In this document: positions 48,569-58,568 of the stretch, in pieces | How positions within the stretch are numbered: the first letter of the stretch is position 1 | Layout: each line of letters starts with the position of its first letter | Assembly (NCBI GenBank): GCA_965218585.1 | Contig: CBDCLE010000002.1 | Location: forward strand, 448,001-512,000 | From: Terriglobia bacterium | GTDB taxonomy: Bacteria; Acidobacteriota; Terriglobia; 20CM-2-55-15 | Direction of reading: 5' to 3' | DNA: 64,000 nt | Translations under genes and position numbers: made by a program | Notes under the pieces: generated by a model | Seen by the model: only the letters and a program-made list of their open reading frames with translations | The model's database searches: none | Told to the model about the DNA's origin: nothing

Positions 48569-49030
48569 CTATGGTCGTTCCACCGTCCAGATCTCTTCGA
48601 TCTCTGTCCCTGCCCCCCGGATGATCTTCGAGATCGGACAGTACTTGTTCAGATCCGCCTTCAGCTGAGCCATCTCAGCTTCCGATGCCGGTGTTCTCAC
48701 GTTGATAAAGAGTTTGATCGTCGGAAACGGGATGTTCACTTCTTCCAGCAACCGTACGCCCCGGTTATCGAAGGCCGCCTCCACGTCGATCGATACCGCC
48801 TCGAACTCGATGCCAAGGTTCTTCGCGCACTTGTTGCTAATGACGTTGGTACATGCCGCGAGCGCAGACAACATCGTTTCCGTCGGTGCCGGTCCGAGAT
48901 TCGTACCTCCGCGCTCTAGCGGTTCATCGATTGTCGACCCCACATCCCGGACTGAGATGTCGGTCTGTGAATGTGAGATACAGTCGGCATGAACCTTGTA
49001 GATGACCGTGCTTTTAGGTGTGATCTTCAT
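48569..49030 (-). CDS. OsmC family protein
   Basis: IDEPLERGGTNLGPAPTE, LAACT, CPIS. Confidence 0.9.
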   Translation of the reverse strand: MKITPKSTVIYKVHADCISHSQTDISVRDVGSTIDEPLERGGTNLGPAPTETMLSALAACTNVISNKCAKNLGIEFEAVSIDVEAAFDNRGVRLLEEVNIPFPTIKLFINVRTPASEAEMAQLKADLNKYCPISKIIRGAGTEIEEIWTVERP

Positions 49031-49052
49031 CGTGGTTCCTCTCCTGCAATTG

Positions 49053-50384
49053 TCAGGCCTCGGTCTCCTCTTCGATCAGTCGCCGCAACTCCTGCTGACG
49101 TTCGCGCGTAATAGGATATCGCCACATCAGGAAAATCACTATGGCGTAAGCGGCCATGGGCAACGCGACGATCAAGTAGCGAATCCGTTCGAGAGAGTCC
49201 GCGCTGTTGTCCGCACCCAGCACTGGGTCGAAACCGAAGATCGTGAGAAAAGAAAACCCTATGAAGACCGCCAATCCGGCTGCCAGCTTGCTCGAAAACT
49301 GAAGCAGCGCGTAGTAGAGTCCCATCCGGTCCGACCCCGACTTCGCGGCATCCTCATCGGAGACATCCGCCATCATCGATCGCGGAAGGAACTCGTTGGC
49401 TGAAGTATTAACGCCGATCAGAAAGAACGCCAATCCTGTCAGCACTGCCTCTCCCGGGGGAAGAACGAGAAGAAGCAGTGGCGACAGGGTTCCAAAGAAA
49501 ACGGCGACCTGGACAGTCTTGTGTTTGCTCCATGTCTGGGAAAGCTTCACCCACAGTGGCAGGCAAACCAGTCCCCCCACGATCAGGAACAAGAGAATGG
49601 TTCCGACGCTTTCTTCCAGTCTCAGCGTATAGGAGACAAAGAACACGAAGAGCCCCTGAACGAAATAGGTTGAGAATGTCAATAGTGCGTTGGCAAACAT
49701 TAGCCTGAACAGTGCCGCGCTCTGGAGGACGATCGAAACACTCTTCCAACTGATCGGTGGCTGACGTTTCACCGAGGGTTCCCGAATACTGAACAGTGCG
49801 ATCATCACGGTGATCGGCAGGCTGATGACCAGGAACATGCCGATGGCTGCCGTTCGTGCCTCGAAGGTCGGTGTGCCGAAACGTTCCATGATCGCCGGGA
49901 TGAGGCTGACGATGATCGCACCGATCATGACGGCGACCTGCAGTATGGCCGTGATCCGTGACCTGCGGTCATAGTCGCTCGAAAGCTCCAGCGCCCAGGC
50001 CGTGTGGCTGACCGTGGCCAGCGTCCAGCCGACGTACATAACGATCAACCAGCCGACGAAATAGACGTAGCCGGCAGCCTCCGGGGGCAGATAGAGACGG
50101 TAGAGCGACACCATCAGAATGGGCACCGACAGGGCGAGCCAGGGGCGCCGCCGGCCCCAACGTGTTTCCAGTCTGTCGGCGGCCAGACCGAAGATCGGGT
50201 CGGTCACCATGTCGAACAGTTTTGCGAAAAGAAAGACGCTACCGACCGTGGCAGCAGTCAACCCGCCATATTCGGCGTAGAGGGGCGGAATAAAGACAAA
50301 GAGTGCTGTCAGAGCAGCATTGAGCGGCAGCGCGGGCAGAGCGAAGCCTGCCATTCTAAGCGGATTTGGGGTTGACTCAGCCAC
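49053..50384 (-). CDS. MFS transporter, GPH/MelB family
   Basis: DMVTDPIFG..ADR..TRWGRRRPW, ELSSDYDRRS, MMADV.D, YPITRE. Confidence 0.9.
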   Translation of the reverse strand: MAESTPNPLRMAGFALPALPLNAALTALFVFIPPLYAEYGGLTAATVGSVFLFAKLFDMVTDPIFGLAADRLETRWGRRRPWLALSVPILMVSLYRLYLPPEAAGYVYFVGWLIVMYVGWTLATVSHTAWALELSSDYDRRSRITAILQVAVMIGAIIVSLIPAIMERFGTPTFEARTAAIGMFLVISLPITVMIALFSIREPSVKRQPPISWKSVSIVLQSAALFRLMFANALLTFSTYFVQGLFVFFVSYTLRLEESVGTILLFLIVGGLVCLPLWVKLSQTWSKHKTVQVAVFFGTLSPLLLLVLPPGEAVLTGLAFFLIGVNTSANEFLPRSMMADVSDEDAAKSGSDRMGLYYALLQFSSKLAAGLAVFIGFSFLTIFGFDPVLGADNSADSLERIRYLIVALPMAAYAIVIFLMWRYPITRERQQELRRLIEEETEA

Positions 50385-50417
50385 TGGTCTGTCTCCCGTT
50401 GTCTCTGGGTGAATGGA

Positions 50418-50493
50418 AAAGGGGACGGAGACTTAAGAATTCAACACATCCCAGTCGTTTGGCTGATCGAATTCTTAAGCGTCCGTCCCCTTT
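50418..50493. repeat. Long hairpin, GGGACRG family copy B
   Basis: AAAGGGGACGGA-GA-CTTAAGAATTC / GAATTCTTAAG-CG-TCCGTCCCCTTT, 25-bp arms with 2 mismatches. Confidence 0.85.
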
Positions 50494-50600
50494 GTCAGTG
50501 GACGGCGCTAAATGTCTGGCCCCAGTCCGGGAGACACTCTCGTGTCCCCCAACGTGCAACGAAACCCGACCCAAGGTTCAAGCTACGCCGAAGCCCCTGG

Positions 50601-51641
50601 TTATTGCATCGAGTTGTACATTCCCTGGACGTTCAGAGAAAGCCACTGTTCGTAGTTGCCCCAATCCGAATACGCATCCAGACTTATGGATGCCTGCATC
50701 TCCTCCAGGGACGAACCCGCAGCCATGCCCTCGGCGACCGCATCATAGAGATCCTGATGATACTGGATGTACTCGGTCACATCGGCCGTCGATCCCACGT
50801 CACCGTGACCCGGTATGACGAACTCGGCATCGAGCGACTCGAGTGCCCTCATAGCGCCCGTCCAGACCTCGTGGTCATAGCCACCCATTGTCTGGAACGG
50901 AAGCCGTCCAAGGCTGACGTAGTCGACGACAAAAGCGGCGCTCTCTGCCGGGAAGTACACCACCGACATGTTGGCCGAATGCGCCGCACCTGGATGGATC
51001 ATCTCAACAGTGCTCCCGCCGAGTTCGATCGTAGTCCTGTCCGAAAATGTCGTGCTCGGAGCATAGACATCGCTGACAGGTCCGCGGGCGATTTCCCCGC
51101 CACTGAGCATACCGTCTGCGTTGGCATCGAAGTTTGCGAAGTTGCCCTCGAAGTTGCTGCCGGCTGCCTCGGCCATCTCGACTTCACCGTTTCCATTGGC
51201 GTCCAACTCTGCCGCATTCGCGGGAAGATCCATGTCGGTCGGATCCGCCAGTGCGTCCAGCATACCCTCGTGGCCGACGAACTCTGCGGTATCCGCGAAG
51301 ACCTCTCCGCCTGAAGCATGGTCCCAGTCACTGTGGCTGTAGAGGACATACCGAACTGGCTGGCCGAAGCGCGTATCCAGTTCACCCCTGAGCCAGGTGG
51401 AGAAATCCCGGTTGATCGGATCCGACATGATGATGCCTTCTTCGGTAACCAGGAACACTGTGAAGTGCGCGTTGTTCTGCGCTCGATACAAATCGCCGGT
51501 GATGTTCGTGATGCTGCGAGTCGGTCCCTCTGGCTCGGCGGGAGCAGCGGGGGCCTCCGCTTCCGGTTCGGCCGCAGGAGCGCACGCCACCAGTATCAAC
51601 ACGAGCGGTACGATCGAGACGTAATAAAGGATTCGTTTCAT
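50601..51641 (-). CDS. MBL-fold metallohydrolase lipoprotein with EF-hand-like insert
   Basis: LVAC lipobox, YSHSDWDHASG, AHS, IPGHG; DANGNGEVEMAE and DANADGMLSGGE loops. Confidence 0.85.
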   Translation of the reverse strand: MKRILYYVSIVPLVLILVACAPAAEPEAEAPAAPAEPEGPTRSITNITGDLYRAQNNAHFTVFLVTEEGIIMSDPINRDFSTWLRGELDTRFGQPVRYVLYSHSDWDHASGGEVFADTAEFVGHEGMLDALADPTDMDLPANAAELDANGNGEVEMAEAAGSNFEGNFANFDANADGMLSGGEIARGPVSDVYAPSTTFSDRTTIELGGSTVEMIHPGAAHSANMSVVYFPAESAAFVVDYVSLGRLPFQTMGGYDHEVWTGAMRALESLDAEFVIPGHGDVGSTADVTEYIQYHQDLYDAVAEGMAAGSSLEEMQASISLDAYSDWGNYEQWLSLNVQGMYNSMQ

Positions 51642-51726
51642 CTGGGTTCTCCTTGGATCATTGGTTTCGAAATTAGGGGTATCCTACTCCCACCCACAGG
51701 GTGTGTCAAACGTCCTGAAAAGTCGG

Positions 51727-51808
51727 GAAAAAGTGGGGGCAGGTCACTCTTTTTGCGTCGACTGAGCTTCTCCACAGGACAAAAAGAGTGACCTGTCCCC
51801 ACTTTTTC
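51727..51808. repeat. Long hairpin, GGGACRG family copy C
   Basis: 29-bp arms GAAAAAGTGGGGGCAGGTCACTCTTTTTG / CAAAAAGAGTGACCTGTCCCCACTTTTTC with 1 mismatch. Confidence 0.88.
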
Positions 51809-51828
51809 AGCTCCCACTCTTCCTTTTC

Positions 51829-54690
51829 CTACCTTTCCGGCATCAGGGTGACCCGAATCTGGTTCTCCAGGTTGAAGTATTGCCGTGCGTCTTCCCGGAT
51901 CGATTCGGGTGTAACCGCTTCAACTGAAGCAGGATACGTCCGAATGCTGGCGCCGGGTGCGACGCCCCGCTGATAGTCGTTAGCGAGTTGATTGAGCAGC
52001 GTTCGATTTTCCTGGAAGTCTGTCTCAAACGACCGCAGAAGGGCCTGACGGACGTCGGATACCAGCTCCTCGTTCGGCATCGAGTTCTTAAGGTCTTCGA
52101 TGCCTTCGAAAACCGCCTCGGCCAGTTCGTCCGTTCGATCGGGGTCCGACCCGAACGTGATGGTCAACGTGTAGGTTTCCAGAGGCTGCCAGGCCATGTT
52201 GGCTCTCACACCGATGCTGTAAGTGCCTCCGAGTTCTTCGCGTAACCGATCTCTAAGGCGTGTTTCCAATGTCATGGCCATGGCCCGGATGCCGGTTCGC
52301 TCGGCCTGATCTTCGTATTCGAAAGGGCCCGTGAAGGCGATACGCGTCTGGCTTCGCGGTTCAAGCCCGCGGTACACGGTCTCCTCGAACACTCCGGTTG
52401 GAGCCCTGAGACCGATGTCCTGCCATGTCTCTTCCCGGCCTGTCGTCGGCAGACCTCCCAGGTAACGTTCCACTAGGGGCTCGATCACTTCGAAATCGAG
52501 GTTGCCAACGAAAACGAACGTGTAATCGCTGGCGTCTGAGAACCGCTCTTCGTAAAAGGAGAGTGATTCGCCCAGGTCCGTGTCGTCGAGTATCTCAACA
52601 GTTGGTGGACGCTGGCGTGGATGGTCCTGAGTGATGATGCGCGTGTAAGCATCATTGAAGGCCGTCGCGGGATTCGAATCCCGATTGGCCAGAGCCTGAC
52701 GACTCTGCGTTCTCCACAGCTCGTATATGGTGTCGTCGGCGCGGGGCGCCGTGAACCGCAGATAAATCAGCTGGAACATTGTCTCTACGTCGGTGGCCGA
52801 TGCGTTGCCGGTGACACCCTCCTCGTAGGTGGAGATGAACGGACGCGCGCTTGCGATCTTGCCCGTGAGTACCTTCTGCAGATCAATGGAATTGAAATCT
52901 CCGATGCCGCCGTTTGAAATCAGTGTCACCGCAGTGCTCGCGGGAATGTAGTCTTCGTCCATCGCCAGGGAGGTTCCCCCGGGGCTGAAACCTCGGAACA
53001 GGATCTGGTCTTCGTCAAAGTCGGTAGGCTTGAGAACGACGCGGATTCCGTTTTGAAGATCCCATTCGGTGATGCCGTCCCCGACCATCCTTGTTGCCAC
53101 GACTTCCGAGCCTTCGGGAAGCGACGACAACAGCGGCTGGTCCGAGACGGTATCCACGTAGGCCGTGATCTCGATATCGTCTATGCCTTCCAGAACAGCC
53201 GTCAGGGCTGTTCTGGAAGGCATCGTCAGTCCTTCTTTTTCCGGTCCGGCAACGACAACGACACGGTTGGCGTTACTGATCCAATCCGCGCCGATCGCGT
53301 TGACTTCGTCAATCGATATCTCCGGAACGAAACGTTCGTAGAGCGCGTACTCGTATGCGATGCCCGGGATCGATTCGCCGTTCAGGAAAGCGCGGGTATA
53401 TTCGCGGGCGAACGCTCCCGAATTCCGGTTGGCTCGATTCGTGTAGCTGCGCTCCATTCCACGCATAACCGAGATCTTCTGTCTTTCCAACTCGGATTCT
53501 GTGAACCCAAATCGAGCGACGCGTTCCGCTTCAGTAAACAGAGCTTCCAGGCCCCGTTCGATACGGTCCTCGAGGACCGCGGCGCTCAGGAAGAAAGTTC
53601 CTTTCGATCGGATCAACTGGCCCTGGGCTGAAGAGGCTCTCAGGAACGGCGGGTTGGGTTCCCGTGCGATCTCGGCAAAACGGTTCGTGAGTATGCTGTT
53701 GTAAAGCCGTTCGACGATCCGTTGCCGGTACCCGCCGATCGTCCAGTCTTCTTCGGGCGGCATCTTGTGGTAGACCTGGACCGTCGTGGCCGGCATCTCC
53801 GGGTCGGTTGCGATGGAAAACAGCGTTTCCGCGTGATCGGGAACCTCATACACGACACGTTCTCTACGGTCCGCCGGATTCTCGAGGCCTTCGAAATGCT
53901 GGCGTGTCAGCGCCTCGATCTCGGATGCGTCGAAGTCGCCTACGGCGATTACAGCCATCAAGTCGGGCCGGTACCAGTCGCTGTAGAAGCGGCGAAGCGC
54001 GTCGTGCTCGAATGTCTCAAGGCTTTCGAGCGTGCCGATGGGCAAACGTTCGGCGTATTGCGATCCGTTAAAGATGACCGGGAACTGTTGATCGCGTAAT
54101 CGCGTGGCCGCGCCCTGTCCCAGCCGCCATTCTTCGATAACGACGCCCCGCTCCATATCGATCTCGTCGGGATCCAGCGTCAACCCATGAGCCCAGTCTT
54201 CGAGAATCTGAAACGCCGTCTCGAGGTTTTCAGTATTGTCGGTCGGGACTTCCAGTTGGTAAGTGGTTTCGTCAAATGAGGTCGATGCATTGACACCCGG
54301 ACCCAGGCGCATGCCGATGGATTCCATGAAACCGATCAGTTCCTGCTTCTCAAAGTTTTCGGTCCCGTTGAAGGCCATGTGTTCGAGGAAGTGTGCCAGC
54401 CCGAGCTGGTCGTCGTCTTCGACGATCGAGCCCACGTTGACTACGAGCCGCAATTCAGCTCGGTTTTCCGGCTCCTGATTTTCGCGGATGTAGTAACGGA
54501 GGCCATTGGCGAGTTCGCCGGTCGTGACATCCGGGCTGACAGGGGCTGGCTGATCCAGCGGAATTGTTCGCGCGTCCTCCGAATTGGCCGTCCCACGTGT
54601 TCCCTCTTGGGCAACGCCGGATGCAGACAATCCCAGCAAAGCTATGGTCCACAGACTCGCAAACAACGGCACGCGCATACGACCTTTCAT
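51829..54690 (-). CDS. M16 family zinc metallopeptidase (PqqL-like), exported
   Basis: GLAHFLEHMAFNGT (HxxEH), NASTSFDETTY, ERGVVIEEWR, WYRPDLMAV, LREELGGTY. Confidence 0.93.
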   Translation of the reverse strand: MKGRMRVPLFASLWTIALLGLSASGVAQEGTRGTANSEDARTIPLDQPAPVSPDVTTGELANGLRYYIRENQEPENRAELRLVVNVGSIVEDDDQLGLAHFLEHMAFNGTENFEKQELIGFMESIGMRLGPGVNASTSFDETTYQLEVPTDNTENLETAFQILEDWAHGLTLDPDEIDMERGVVIEEWRLGQGAATRLRDQQFPVIFNGSQYAERLPIGTLESLETFEHDALRRFYSDWYRPDLMAVIAVGDFDASEIEALTRQHFEGLENPADRRERVVYEVPDHAETLFSIATDPEMPATTVQVYHKMPPEEDWTIGGYRQRIVERLYNSILTNRFAEIAREPNPPFLRASSAQGQLIRSKGTFFLSAAVLEDRIERGLEALFTEAERVARFGFTESELERQKISVMRGMERSYTNRANRNSGAFAREYTRAFLNGESIPGIAYEYALYERFVPEISIDEVNAIGADWISNANRVVVVAGPEKEGLTMPSRTALTAVLEGIDDIEITAYVDTVSDQPLLSSLPEGSEVVATRMVGDGITEWDLQNGIRVVLKPTDFDEDQILFRGFSPGGTSLAMDEDYIPASTAVTLISNGGIGDFNSIDLQKVLTGKIASARPFISTYEEGVTGNASATDVETMFQLIYLRFTAPRADDTIYELWRTQSRQALANRDSNPATAFNDAYTRIITQDHPRQRPPTVEILDDTDLGESLSFYEERFSDASDYTFVFVGNLDFEVIEPLVERYLGGLPTTGREETWQDIGLRAPTGVFEETVYRGLEPRSQTRIAFTGPFEYEDQAERTGIRAMAMTLETRLRDRLREELGGTYSIGVRANMAWQPLETYTLTITFGSDPDRTDELAEAVFEGIEDLKNSMPNEELVSDVRQALLRSFETDFQENRTLLNQLANDYQRGVAPGASIRTYPASVEAVTPESIREDARQYFNLENQIRVTLMPER

Positions 54691-55038
54691 CAACAAGCTC
54701 CTTCTGCTGATCGAGACAGACCCGCCTGAAGAGGCGCGGCGGTCTTTGATCCCAATAAGATACTAGATGTGGGTTCAGTATTGATAGCGAAACCTGATAG
54801 CGCGCCTACGAGTGGATGCACTGCCCCCCGACCCCTCGGTTGGCGCCTGTGGTGGGTCGGTCAACAGTGGAAAAGTGCGAGATTTTTGAGGAATGGGATT
54901 GGGGTTACTTGAGTTCGGTTCCCGCCGGTAGTAGGTTTACGGCCAGCGTGTAAATGATGCGATGCTGTATGGGGTCGCTCCCTGTTCGATTCGGAGCGAT
55001 CAGTAACAATTTGTTGGATACGAAGAAAGGACTCGTCG

Positions 55039-55401
55039 ATGGCCACCAATGATACCTGTTGCACAATCGTTCCTTATTTCAAAGTACAGGACGGGAAGCT
55101 CGATGTATTCAAAGAGCTCTGTGATCGTTTCGTAGAGAAGACACGGGGCGAGCCCGGATGTCTGTATTACGGTTTCAGTTTTGGCGCCGATTTCGCATTC
55201 TGTCGGGAGGGTTACGAAAACGCCGACGCCTTATTGGCACACGTTCAGAACGTCGGAGCCTTGCTCGAGGAAATGCCGCAATCTGCGGAAATCGTGAAGC
55301 TTGAGATCCACGGTCCCGAGGAGGAATTGGCAAAGTTACGCGAGCCGCTGAGTGAATTGAATCCGGAGTTCTTTACGCTGGAGTATGGATTCCGCAAGTA
55401 G
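55039..55401 (+). CDS. ABM-like dimeric alpha/beta barrel protein
   Basis: EPGCLYYGF, CREGYENADALLAH, LEIHGP; AAAGGA RBS. Confidence 0.75.
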   Translation: MATNDTCCTIVPYFKVQDGKLDVFKELCDRFVEKTRGEPGCLYYGFSFGADFAFCREGYENADALLAHVQNVGALLEEMPQSAEIVKLEIHGPEEELAKLREPLSELNPEFFTLEYGFRK

Positions 55402-55567
55402 TTAGATGTCAGCGACCGACAATCCGAAGCATGGAAAGAAACCAGCCGCGCCGTCCGGCGGAATCGATCTGCATCAGCTCCTTTTGACAGCGGCTGTGTG
55501 CAAGGAAATACTTGAGTTATGATGGCGCTTCGATTTTAGGACGACGAATACGGGAGGACCTCGAAAA

Positions 55568-56773
55568 GTGAAACGACTATTTGCCCTTGCCTTGATGGCG
55601 TTCTTATTCAGCGCTGGTCATGCCGGGAAGGCCGCAGCCCAGGATCTTGTGATCACTAACGCACGCATCATCGTGGGTAACGGAGATGTTATCGAAAACG
55701 GTTCGATTGTCATTCGTGACGGGAGGATCGCATCTGTCGCACCTGGCCGCGCCGATGCAGCCGGCGTCGAGACGATCGACGCGGGCGGCATGAGCGCGTT
55801 GCCCGGGTTCATCGACGCACACAAGCACATCAACACCGGTCCGGATGAGGCCGAGCAGATGCAGTCGTTGCTCGAAGCCGGATACACGACGGTTCTTTCT
55901 GGCGGAGGCCCCGGCGACGGCAGCCTGACGCTCCGCGATCACATCGAGTCCGGAATGATCAACGGTCCGCGCATCATTCCCTCAGAACGCGTCAACCTCA
56001 GGGGAACGCCCGAAGAAGGTCGTGCGACTATTCGAGACATGGCCGCCCGGGGTATTTTTCACACGGGTGAGATCGGCCTCACGCCCGAGCCGGGACCAAC
56101 GCCTGAGGAAATCGAGGTCCTCGAAGCAATCGTCGACGAAGCGGCCAGGGCCGGTGTACAGGTCAATGTCCATGCGGTAAGCACCTCCTCCATGGTCGGC
56201 GCAATCGACGCCGGTGTGCGACGGCTGGTTCACCTGCCCAACAAGGACTGGGTGAGCCGCGAAGCAGCCGAGAAGGTGGCATCGACCGACTCGATTGTCC
56301 TCGGTCTCATCGGCTTCGGTGCGCCGATCATCGACGTGTTCGAAGATGACAACTCGCCACGGTTCCGCAACGGCGAGGCGTGGCCTGAGGCCATTGCCGG
56401 TGCGAACAGGGACGCGGAGGGAAGGGCCACCGGTACCGAGGCGGGCTACACGCTTGTGAATGCACGGACCATCTGGGATGCCAGCGGAGGGACGGGAATC
56501 GCCTACTGCACAGATCAGAACTACGCAGACGTTGCGGTCCTCGAACACGAGCTGAAGTCGTACAACATCATGTTTTCGATGCAGGACATCATCAGAATCA
56601 TGGGGCCCAACAGCGCGGCTTACATCGACATGGAGGACGACCTCGGCACCCTGGAAGAGGGGAAACTGGCCGACATGATCCTTCTTGACGGCAATCCGCT
56701 GGAAGGCTATTGGAACATGCTCAATACCAAGCTGACGATCGTTGGCGGGGAGATCCGCTCGGATGAGCGCTAA
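55568..56773 (+). CDS. Amidohydrolase family protein, exported
   Basis: Signal peptide, LPGFIDAHKH, VNVHA, LVH, GTLEEGKLADMILLDGNP. Confidence 0.9.
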   Translation: MKRLFALALMAFLFSAGHAGKAAAQDLVITNARIIVGNGDVIENGSIVIRDGRIASVAPGRADAAGVETIDAGGMSALPGFIDAHKHINTGPDEAEQMQSLLEAGYTTVLSGGGPGDGSLTLRDHIESGMINGPRIIPSERVNLRGTPEEGRATIRDMAARGIFHTGEIGLTPEPGPTPEEIEVLEAIVDEAARAGVQVNVHAVSTSSMVGAIDAGVRRLVHLPNKDWVSREAAEKVASTDSIVLGLIGFGAPIIDVFEDDNSPRFRNGEAWPEAIAGANRDAEGRATGTEAGYTLVNARTIWDASGGTGIAYCTDQNYADVAVLEHELKSYNIMFSMQDIIRIMGPNSAAYIDMEDDLGTLEEGKLADMILLDGNPLEGYWNMLNTKLTIVGGEIRSDER

Positions 56774-56863
56774 CCCTCGGGAGAGGAGACCCCGGGGCCG
56801 CCACGACCCCGGCATGGGAGTGGCGGCTCAGTTTACTTTCCGTCGCCAGCCTGGCCTGGAGTC

Positions 56864-57934
56864 TTAGCGTACCGGTGTCTCGGAACATCCCTGAATTTCG
56901 GCGATCACCTCTTGTGAACTCCTGCCGTCAAGCTGTTCACGTATTGGACCGGCTGCATCTGGGGTTAAGCGGACACGACTCTCATCGATTTGGAACATTC
57001 CTGTCCAAGAGCCGTTGAGGGCGTAGCGAGGGCTGCCGGTCACATCTGGGAGATCGGGTCGGGTCTCATCGGTAAGAAAAAGGATGTACTGCTCTTCCTC
57101 TTCTACCAGATCGTATTGAATGGGCAATTCCGTGTACCGCCCCAGTACCCCCCCTTTTTGAGAGATCACTACTTGCTGGATCGATTCCGGTCCTTTAAGC
57201 ACTTGACTGACCACCAGGATCGCGTCTGTCTCCAGGTAGCGGAAAATTGGCCGCGATCGTTCCTGAACAAGCTGGGTGCCGGGGGGATAATCGAGATTCT
57301 GTCTTGGAACCAGAATAGCTTGAACATGGGCTTCAACTATCAATGTCGAGGAGTCGCACAACTGCTCGAGGGACCCGGGTAGATAGTCAGGCGCAATTGA
57401 CAGGGCGAACGTGGCGCGGTTTGTCGGCGGCGGGGGCGGCGGCAGGCTTTCTCCACCCGGATTCGGGACCGAGAAGGCTTCGGTGGGAACCTGACCGAAA
57501 ATCTTTCGATAAACCATGGGAACATCGGTCTGAATCGTCAGTGTGTTGCCGTCCAGAGTGCCTTCGCAACACCCGCCCGCCTCAAACAAGATAGTGATGC
57601 GTGCGCCCTCTTGTGAATAACTTCCGCTGCCCGAGCTTTCACTGACATCCACGACCGCGCCGTCAGCGTAGCGGTAGCGCGTCACCCAGGTATGAGTACC
57701 GTCTGCTTCCAGTCGCACCGAGCCGCCGATAACCTCTTGCCTTCTGGATCCGCTCTGTGACACGAGGGCGGGGAGGTCTTGTGCGTTCGCCCGGATCAAA
57801 ATGTACTCACCCACGGCTTCGGGTATCTGGTTCCCCGTTTCATTTGGCGTGGACTCTTGGGCAAAGACACCGTGTGAAGGAATCGACAGGGCTGTCAGAA
57901 GGAACATGGTCAACACGAATCTTAAAAACGACAT
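56864..57934 (-). CDS. Secreted two-domain hypothetical protein with poly-Pro linker
   Basis: Signal peptide from ATG 57934; beta-rich N-domain, LPPPPPP linker, C-domain LEQLCDSSTLIV...QYILFL. Confidence 0.65.
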   Translation of the reverse strand: MSFLRFVLTMFLLTALSIPSHGVFAQESTPNETGNQIPEAVGEYILIRANAQDLPALVSQSGSRRQEVIGGSVRLEADGTHTWVTRYRYADGAVVDVSESSGSGSYSQEGARITILFEAGGCCEGTLDGNTLTIQTDVPMVYRKIFGQVPTEAFSVPNPGGESLPPPPPPTNRATFALSIAPDYLPGSLEQLCDSSTLIVEAHVQAILVPRQNLDYPPGTQLVQERSRPIFRYLETDAILVVSQVLKGPESIQQVVISQKGGVLGRYTELPIQYDLVEEEEQYILFLTDETRPDLPDVTGSPRYALNGSWTGMFQIDESRVRLTPDAAGPIREQLDGRSSQEVIAEIQGCSETPVR

Positions 57935-57995
57935 TTCACGACGTCCTTTTCCCGAACAAGTCTGTAGATTTCCGATACAGAAGGCGGCCCATCCG

Positions 57996-58553
57996 TCAGG
58001 GTGCATTATAAATGAGTGCTCCACTTCGTGCACTGGAGGCAGGGCTCACTCTTAGAACGCGGACTGTTCGGGAGATTTTCTTGCCGATGAAATAACCGAT
58101 CACGCCGGCCCCGGCACCGACCGCAGACCATTCTGCAACCCGTCTCGAATCAGAGACGTTGATTCGGCTGTCGCTGATCGCCTGCGGGAAATATGCAAGT
58201 GCCGCGCCAGCTCCGGCGGCCGCAGTCAACAACGGTTTTGCCCAGCCTCGTGTTTCTTCGGTGACTTCGATCACAGAAATCGCGCTCCGCGGGATAGTGT
58301 TTCTCCCTTGCGGGTATGACTGATTCCCGGTCTTCGTAATATTGACTACGAGACCTTCGTCCTGAACAGCCAGGGCCGTTCCCTGAATCTCAGTCCCACC
58401 GGAGAAGCCGATTGAAACTGTGCGTCCCAACACCAGGGATGCCAGTTCGTTCCATGCGACCGAAGTCGATTGTTCCTCGAAATTCACCGCTCCATCCGCA
58501 GCGGGACTGATCAGGGCGACTGCCCAGATCATCAGAAGACATTTCCTGATCAT
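57996..58553 (-). CDS. Hypothetical exported/membrane protein
   Basis: AGGAG RBS, ATG 58553, signal peptide, glycine-zipper-like GAGAGVIGYFIGK. Confidence 0.65.
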   Translation of the reverse strand: MIRKCLLMIWAVALISPAADGAVNFEEQSTSVAWNELASLVLGRTVSIGFSGGTEIQGTALAVQDEGLVVNITKTGNQSYPQGRNTIPRSAISVIEVTEETRGWAKPLLTAAAGAGAALAYFPQAISDSRINVSDSRRVAEWSAVGAGAGVIGYFIGKKISRTVRVLRVSPASSARSGALIYNAP

Positions 58554-58568
58554 TAGTGCTCCTATTCT

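Noticed and set aside
4711-51808. CRISPR array
   Set aside because: Repeats are dispersed, never regularly spaced with unique spacers, and no cas genes are present
46616-54690. PQQ biosynthesis locus (M16 protease as PqqF plus PQQ dehydrogenase)
   Set aside because: No pqqA peptide or pqqB-E seen; the protease has a signal peptide and PqqL-like architecture
54782-54802. TGATAGCG direct repeat upstream of the M16 gene
   Set aside because: Only two 8-mers; cannot be distinguished from chance or assigned to a regulator
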